Part shown: positions 35,069-39,673 of the stretch, piece by piece
Position numbering within the stretch: the first letter of the stretch is position 1
Layout of the letters: each line of letters starts with the position of its first letter
Source: a virus
Direction: 5' to 3' (one strand)
Virus genome (UHGV): UHGV-0294044
Length of the DNA stretch: 39,673 nucleotides
Notes under the pieces: model-generated
What the model was told of the DNA's origin: nothing
The model's database searches: none
The model's input: the letters and a program-made list of their open reading frames with translations, nothing else
Made by a program: the position numbers and the translations under genes

Positions 35069-38000
35069 ATGGCTCATTTTGACTTACAATTATTTGAGGC
35101 CGACGGCCATCTGAATTTTGATACAAGGGTTGACGAAAAGGGATTTTCAAGCGGTATCAGCAAACTTGGCGGGATAGCCAAGGGGGGACTGGCGGTCCTG
35201 GGAGCCTCAGTCGCTGGAATCACTGCTGCTTTTGCCGGTATGTCGAAGGCTGCATTAGGTTCTGTAGCCAGCCTGGAACAGAATGTGGGCGGCGTGGAAA
35301 CGCTTTTCAAGGAAAATGCCAAGACAGTCATAGAGAATGCAAACAATGCCTATAAGACTGCGGGGTTGTCAGCCAATGAGTACATGCAAAGTGTCACCAG
35401 TTTTTCCGCATCACTATTACAGAGCGTGGCCGGGGACACGGCAGAAGCGGCAAAGATAGCCGATATGGCAATGGTGGACATGTCTGATAACGCCAATAAG
35501 ATGGGTACAGACATGACATCCATCCAAAATGCATATCAGGGATTCGCAAAGCAGAATTATACGATGCTGGATAATCTGAAACTGGGTTATGGCGGAACAA
35601 AGGAGGAAATGAACCGCCTCCTTGCGGATGCCACCAAAATATCCGGCGTGAAATATGACATCAGCAATCTGAATGACGTATACTCTGCCATCCATGTTAT
35701 CCAGGGTGAGCTTGACATAACCGGCACAACGGCCAAGGAAGCCTCTACTACCATCGAGGGGTCCATGAACGCCGCAAAGGCAGCCTTTGACAACTTTTTG
35801 AATGGTTCTGGGACTGCTAAAGAGCTGGCAGACGCGGTTGCCACGGTCGCCCGAAATGTAGGGAAGAACCTGGGAGAAATTATCCCAAGGCTGGCAGAAA
35901 CAGTGCCGATGGTGGTCGAGGAACTGTGGCAGGAATTTGAAGGCAGTGCAGACCAATTTATTCAAATGGGCGCAGGTCTTGTGACGGATATTGTGACAGG
36001 ACTTGTTGAGCAGCTGCCTGCCTTTATTGAACTTGCCGTATCCTTTGTTGATACGTTGATACAGGGCCTAAATGAAAATATGCCCCAATTGTTGGAGGCG
36101 GGAGGTTCCCTGCTTATTGCCATCGTTCAGGGCATCATCATGTTGGTCCCATCCCTGTTGTCGCTTGGATGGTCTATTATTGAGGGCATTGTCCAGGGAT
36201 TGTTGAACAATGCGCCAACGCTGCAGACGCAGGCTGCAAATCTGTTCAATCAGTTTACATCCGTAATCAGCACAAGGCTGCCGCAGTTGCTGCAACAGGG
36301 CGCCAATGCAATTAATCAGTTTACACAGGGGTTATTAAGCAAGGCCCCATCCCTGATAACGAATGCCGGAAATATCATAAGCAAGTTATATAATGTAATT
36401 CTTGGAATCCTGCCGCAAATCTTGGAGACCGGAATCAATCTCATTGGACAGCTGGCTCAGGGCATCCTGTCAAATCTCCCAGCCGTTATCGGGGCCGCCG
36501 CCGAGGCACTGATACAGATAATCGCCACAATTGCAAGCCACCTCCCGGAAATCCTGCAGAAGGGAATTGAATTACTGGGCGAACTTGCAGCCGGAATCAT
36601 ACAGGCCATCCCGGAGCTGGTCGGAAAACTGCCGCAGGTATTTACCAGTGTCAAAGCTAAGTTTTTAGAATTTGACTGGATACAGATTGGTAAAGACATC
36701 GTAAACGGAATTGCAAATGGCCTTAAAAACTCCATTGGGACCATCATTGACGCTGCTAAGAGTGTGGGTGAGGCGGCCCTGGATGGTCTTAAGAGCCTGT
36801 TAGGCATCCATTCTCCATCGCGTGTGTTTCGGGACGAGGTTGGACGCAATATATCCCTTGGTATCGCTGAGGGAATCCGGTCCAATAAGAAATATGCCAA
36901 GAAGAGCGCGGAGGAAGTTGCACAGGCCACGCTGGAAGCAGCCAAGAAGAAGCTGGAAAACCATAAGGTTTATAACCGACTTACCCTTGCGGATGAGGCC
37001 GGATACTGGGACGAGGTACGCAAACAGACAAAAGAAGGCACACAGGCCAGGATTGACGCCGATAAGGAATACCTGTCTGCCAAGAAAGACCTGAATGACA
37101 GGATGCTGGAAGCGGAAGAGAACTATACGGACAAGGTTGCGAATGCGTACAAGGACCTTAACGATAGAATTAAGGACCTCAATAACCAGTACAAGGATGC
37201 CGTCAACCAGCGGGCAGACCAGATTAAGTCAGCGTATGGGTTGTTCGATGCATTTGATTCCAGTACGGACCTGACAGCGGATGACCTGCTTAATAACTTG
37301 CAATCACAGGTGGACGGGTTGAAGCAGTGGCGCAAGAATCTGAGGGACCTGGAACGCCGTGGGATTGGCGACGACCTTCTGGAGGAATTGCAGGAGCTTG
37401 GACCAAAAGCAGCAGCTGAAATCCAGCTTATGACGGAAATGAGTGACGACCAGCTGGATGAATATGTGAGCCTGTTCAAAGCTAAAAATCGCATTGCACG
37501 CCAGGAAGCGGTGGCAGAAATGGAGCCAATGCGTGGGGAGATATCCAAGCAGATTGCACAGATGCAGCGGGAGACATCGGCAGAACTGGCAAAATACCAG
37601 CAGGAATATGTATCTTCCATGACAGAGCTTGGTGTGGCTCTCAACCAGCCATTGGAGACTATGAAGTTGACGGCGGCTCAGAATGCGGTGGCTCTTGTTT
37701 CTGCTATGGCAGGGTCCATCAAGGACGCATCCGGCTCCACCGAGAACCTGGAACAGTTCAAGGCTATTGCCCGGAATGTACTCGGCTCCGTGGATACGCT
37801 TCCGTCCAGTATGTCGGATGTGGGGAAACAGTCCATCATCAGTATGATAGAGGGCATCCGGTCCATGTCCGGCCAGCTGCAGGCAGCGGTACAGGCCGTG
37901 GTTGCCAATGCAATGCAGGCGGCCGCAGGCGCCATGATGGGGAATGGAGGCATCAATGCAGCACTGGCTGGTGTTGGAGCTGTGACTGGTACATCCAGCC

Positions 38001-38200
38001 TCCCCGCGAGCACCTATGGGAATGAAGGATACGGTCCGGGATATGCTGTGGATTACCGCAGGATGGGACAGGAAATGGCAAATGCTATGGACGGTGTATC
38101 CGTCAATATGGACGGGAAGAATGTGGGAAGCATTGTGTCTGAACCTGTGAATGACAACCTGGGGAACCGTGGAAGGATGGAAGGAAGGGATATGGAATGA
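35069..38200 (+). CDS. Tape measure protein (1043 aa)
   Basis: Length, Ala/Gly/Leu-rich helical repeats, position; N-terminal MAHFDLQLFE motif. Confidence 0.85.
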   Translation: MAHFDLQLFEADGHLNFDTRVDEKGFSSGISKLGGIAKGGLAVLGASVAGITAAFAGMSKAALGSVASLEQNVGGVETLFKENAKTVIENANNAYKTAGLSANEYMQSVTSFSASLLQSVAGDTAEAAKIADMAMVDMSDNANKMGTDMTSIQNAYQGFAKQNYTMLDNLKLGYGGTKEEMNRLLADATKISGVKYDISNLNDVYSAIHVIQGELDITGTTAKEASTTIEGSMNAAKAAFDNFLNGSGTAKELADAVATVARNVGKNLGEIIPRLAETVPMVVEELWQEFEGSADQFIQMGAGLVTDIVTGLVEQLPAFIELAVSFVDTLIQGLNENMPQLLEAGGSLLIAIVQGIIMLVPSLLSLGWSIIEGIVQGLLNNAPTLQTQAANLFNQFTSVISTRLPQLLQQGANAINQFTQGLLSKAPSLITNAGNIISKLYNVILGILPQILETGINLIGQLAQGILSNLPAVIGAAAEALIQIIATIASHLPEILQKGIELLGELAAGIIQAIPELVGKLPQVFTSVKAKFLEFDWIQIGKDIVNGIANGLKNSIGTIIDAAKSVGEAALDGLKSLLGIHSPSRVFRDEVGRNISLGIAEGIRSNKKYAKKSAEEVAQATLEAAKKKLENHKVYNRLTLADEAGYWDEVRKQTKEGTQARIDADKEYLSAKKDLNDRMLEAEENYTDKVANAYKDLNDRIKDLNNQYKDAVNQRADQIKSAYGLFDAFDSSTDLTADDLLNNLQSQVDGLKQWRKNLRDLERRGIGDDLLEELQELGPKAAAEIQLMTEMSDDQLDEYVSLFKAKNRIARQEAVAEMEPMRGEISKQIAQMQRETSAELAKYQQEYVSSMTELGVALNQPLETMKLTAAQNAVALVSAMAGSIKDASGSTENLEQFKAIARNVLGSVDTLPSSMSDVGKQSIISMIEGIRSMSGQLQAAVQAVVANAMQAAAGAMMGNGGINAALAGVGAVTGTSSLPASTYGNEGYGPGYAVDYRRMGQEMANAMDGVSVNMDGKNVGSIVSEPVNDNLGNRGRMEGRDME

Positions 38201-38898
38201 AATATTTAGGAATCACCTTTGATGAGGAGAAGCATACCTATGATGATTTTGGCCTTCGGATTAAGTCCATCAATATAGGGTTCCCATCGGTAAAGGAGAG
38301 TAAGATTGACATACCGGGAGCGGATGGCTACCTTGATATGACGGATTACTTCGGCACCCGGTATGAGGACCGCAAGATTACGATTGAATGTGACATAGAG
38401 GACCGGAGCTATTATGACTGGGCTGGACGTATGAGCCAGCTCAGTAACTACCTGCATGGAAAGAAACGGAAGATTGTTCTGGACTGGGACAATGGGTTTT
38501 ATTACCTGGGGCGCGGGACCTGTGAATATGAAAAGAAGAACCGGGCATTCAGCCTGGTGACACTGAAATTTGAATGTGACCCATATAAATATGAGCTTAC
38601 GGCCACGGATGAGGACTGGTTGTGGGACCCATTCGATTTTGAGGAAGGAGTAATAAAGGAATATGGGAACCAAAACGTGGACGGGACGCTTGTGCTTACT
38701 GTTATAGGCTCACCCATGCCGGTGGTGCCAAGAATTACAGTATCATCCGATATGCAGGTGGAATTCGAGGGTGAAAGGTTTGACCTGAAAGCGGGAGAAA
38801 ACTATCTGCCGGATATTGAGATAAAGGATGGAGAGCATGTGATGACATTCACGGGACATGGTATCGTGACTGTAAGCTACAGGGGAGGAAGCCTGTAA
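38197..38898 (+). CDS. Distal tail protein (Dit)
   Basis: 233 aa immediately after TMP, overlapping stops/starts. Confidence 0.65.
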   Translation: MKYLGITFDEEKHTYDDFGLRIKSINIGFPSVKESKIDIPGADGYLDMTDYFGTRYEDRKITIECDIEDRSYYDWAGRMSQLSNYLHGKKRKIVLDWDNGFYYLGRGTCEYEKKNRAFSLVTLKFECDPYKYELTATDEDWLWDPFDFEEGVIKEYGNQNVDGTLVLTVIGSPMPVVPRITVSSDMQVEFEGERFDLKAGENYLPDIEIKDGEHVMTFTGHGIVTVSYRGGSL

Positions 38899-39673
38899 TG
38901 TATAAAATCAACAATGTGATTGACGGCAGAACGTACTGCCTGCATGACCAGCGGGACAGGAACCTGCGAGTGATTGAGCCTCGTCTTACCCTTACCCTCA
39001 ACAAGACAGGAGCTCTTACATTCCGCATTCCTTCCAGTCATATGTATTCCAACACCTTAAAGAAGATGAAGTCATCCATCCAGGTAATGGAGGATGGGAT
39101 ATTGATATATGAGGGACGCGTGCTGTCGGATGAGTCGGATTTTCATAATACAAAAGATGTGGTATGCGAGGGAAGCCTGGCCTATCTCATTGACAGCGCA
39201 CAGCGCCCCTTTTCTTTGAGTGGAAACATCCATGATTTCCTCGCCCAGATGGTAGAAAATCATAATGGGCAGGTGGAGGAGCGGAAACAGTTTGTCCTTG
39301 GCCGGGTGAATGTGGCCGATGAAAACAATGAACTTAAGCGGGAGTCCGCTAAGATTGACAATACCTGGAACACGCTGAAAGCGCAGCTGATAGACGTCCA
39401 TGGTGGATACATATGGGTTGAATACAGGGACGGCAAGAAGTATCTTAATTACACCTACGACTATGGCGGTAAGAATGAACAGCAGATACGTTTTGGCGTC
39501 AATCTCCTGGACCTAACAAAGTATCAGGATGCTACTAATGTGGTAACATGTATGATACCCTACGGAGGGGATGTGGAATACCAAGACGAGCTTGGGGAGA
39601 CGCAGACAGGCACGGTCGATATTACATCGGTTAATGACGGGAAGGATTATATCACAGCGGAGCAGGCCGTGCT
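38898..39673 (+). CDS. Tal (tail-associated lysin / tail tip) N-terminal part, continues past window end
   Basis: ATG overlaps Dit stop (TAATG); frame open to last nucleotide; window start (2-1216) looks like the C-terminal part of a paralogous protein. Confidence 0.65.
   Translation, partial: MYKINNVIDGRTYCLHDQRDRNLRVIEPRLTLTLNKTGALTFRIPSSHMYSNTLKKMKSSIQVMEDGILIYEGRVLSDESDFHNTKDVVCEGSLAYLIDSAQRPFSLSGNIHDFLAQMVENHNGQVEERKQFVLGRVNVADENNELKRESAKIDNTWNTLKAQLIDVHGGYIWVEYRDGKKYLNYTYDYGGKNEQQIRFGVNLLDLTKYQDATNVVTCMIPYGGDVEYQDELGETQTGTVDITSVNDGKDYITAEQAV

Overview
The window is almost entirely temperate-phage DNA from a low/mid-GC Firmicutes (Clostridia-like) chromosome. It appears to hold two siphovirus-like prophages in tandem. 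1-5643 is the right end of one prophage: the C-terminal part of a Tal/receptor-binding protein, tail-fibre genes, an XkdX-like gene, a holin and a CHAP endolysin. 5644-5931 is a 288-bp junction with arm-type direct repeats and a bidirectional terminator. 5932-39673 is the left ~34 kb of a second prophage in canonical order. It runs: tyrosine integrase, a membrane-protein moron, a CI-like (HTH+S24) repressor and Cro-like switch with TTAGA-N6-TCTAA operators. Next is an accessory block: a small Cys-rich gene on the opposite strand, a protein with ~10 perfect 24-bp coding repeats, small membrane proteins and tRNA 3'-end-like fragments. Then come a Gp157-ERF-HNH recombination module, DnaD-like and DnaC-like replication genes, many small early ORFs, a C5 DNA methyltransferase, YopX, a GC-rich islet, a frameshifted XerD-like recombinase, a late activator, a HEPN-like moron and terS/terL. 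The structural genes follow: portal, an SPP1 gp7-like protein, a Prp-like protease, scaffold, major capsid, connector and tail genes, a 1043-aa tape measure, Dit and the start of Tal. No rRNA, CRISPR array or complete tRNA was seen. The most notable points are: (a) a phage-encoded Prp protease with a matching N-terminal F-D-[LI]-Q-L-F-E motif on scaffold, capsid and tape-measure proteins; (b) the repeat protein, whose sequence variation is confined to three nucleotide positions per 24-bp unit; (c) promoter+terminator-defined small-RNA candidates next to int; (d) several single-gene morons that are candidates for superinfection-exclusion or abortive-infection functions.
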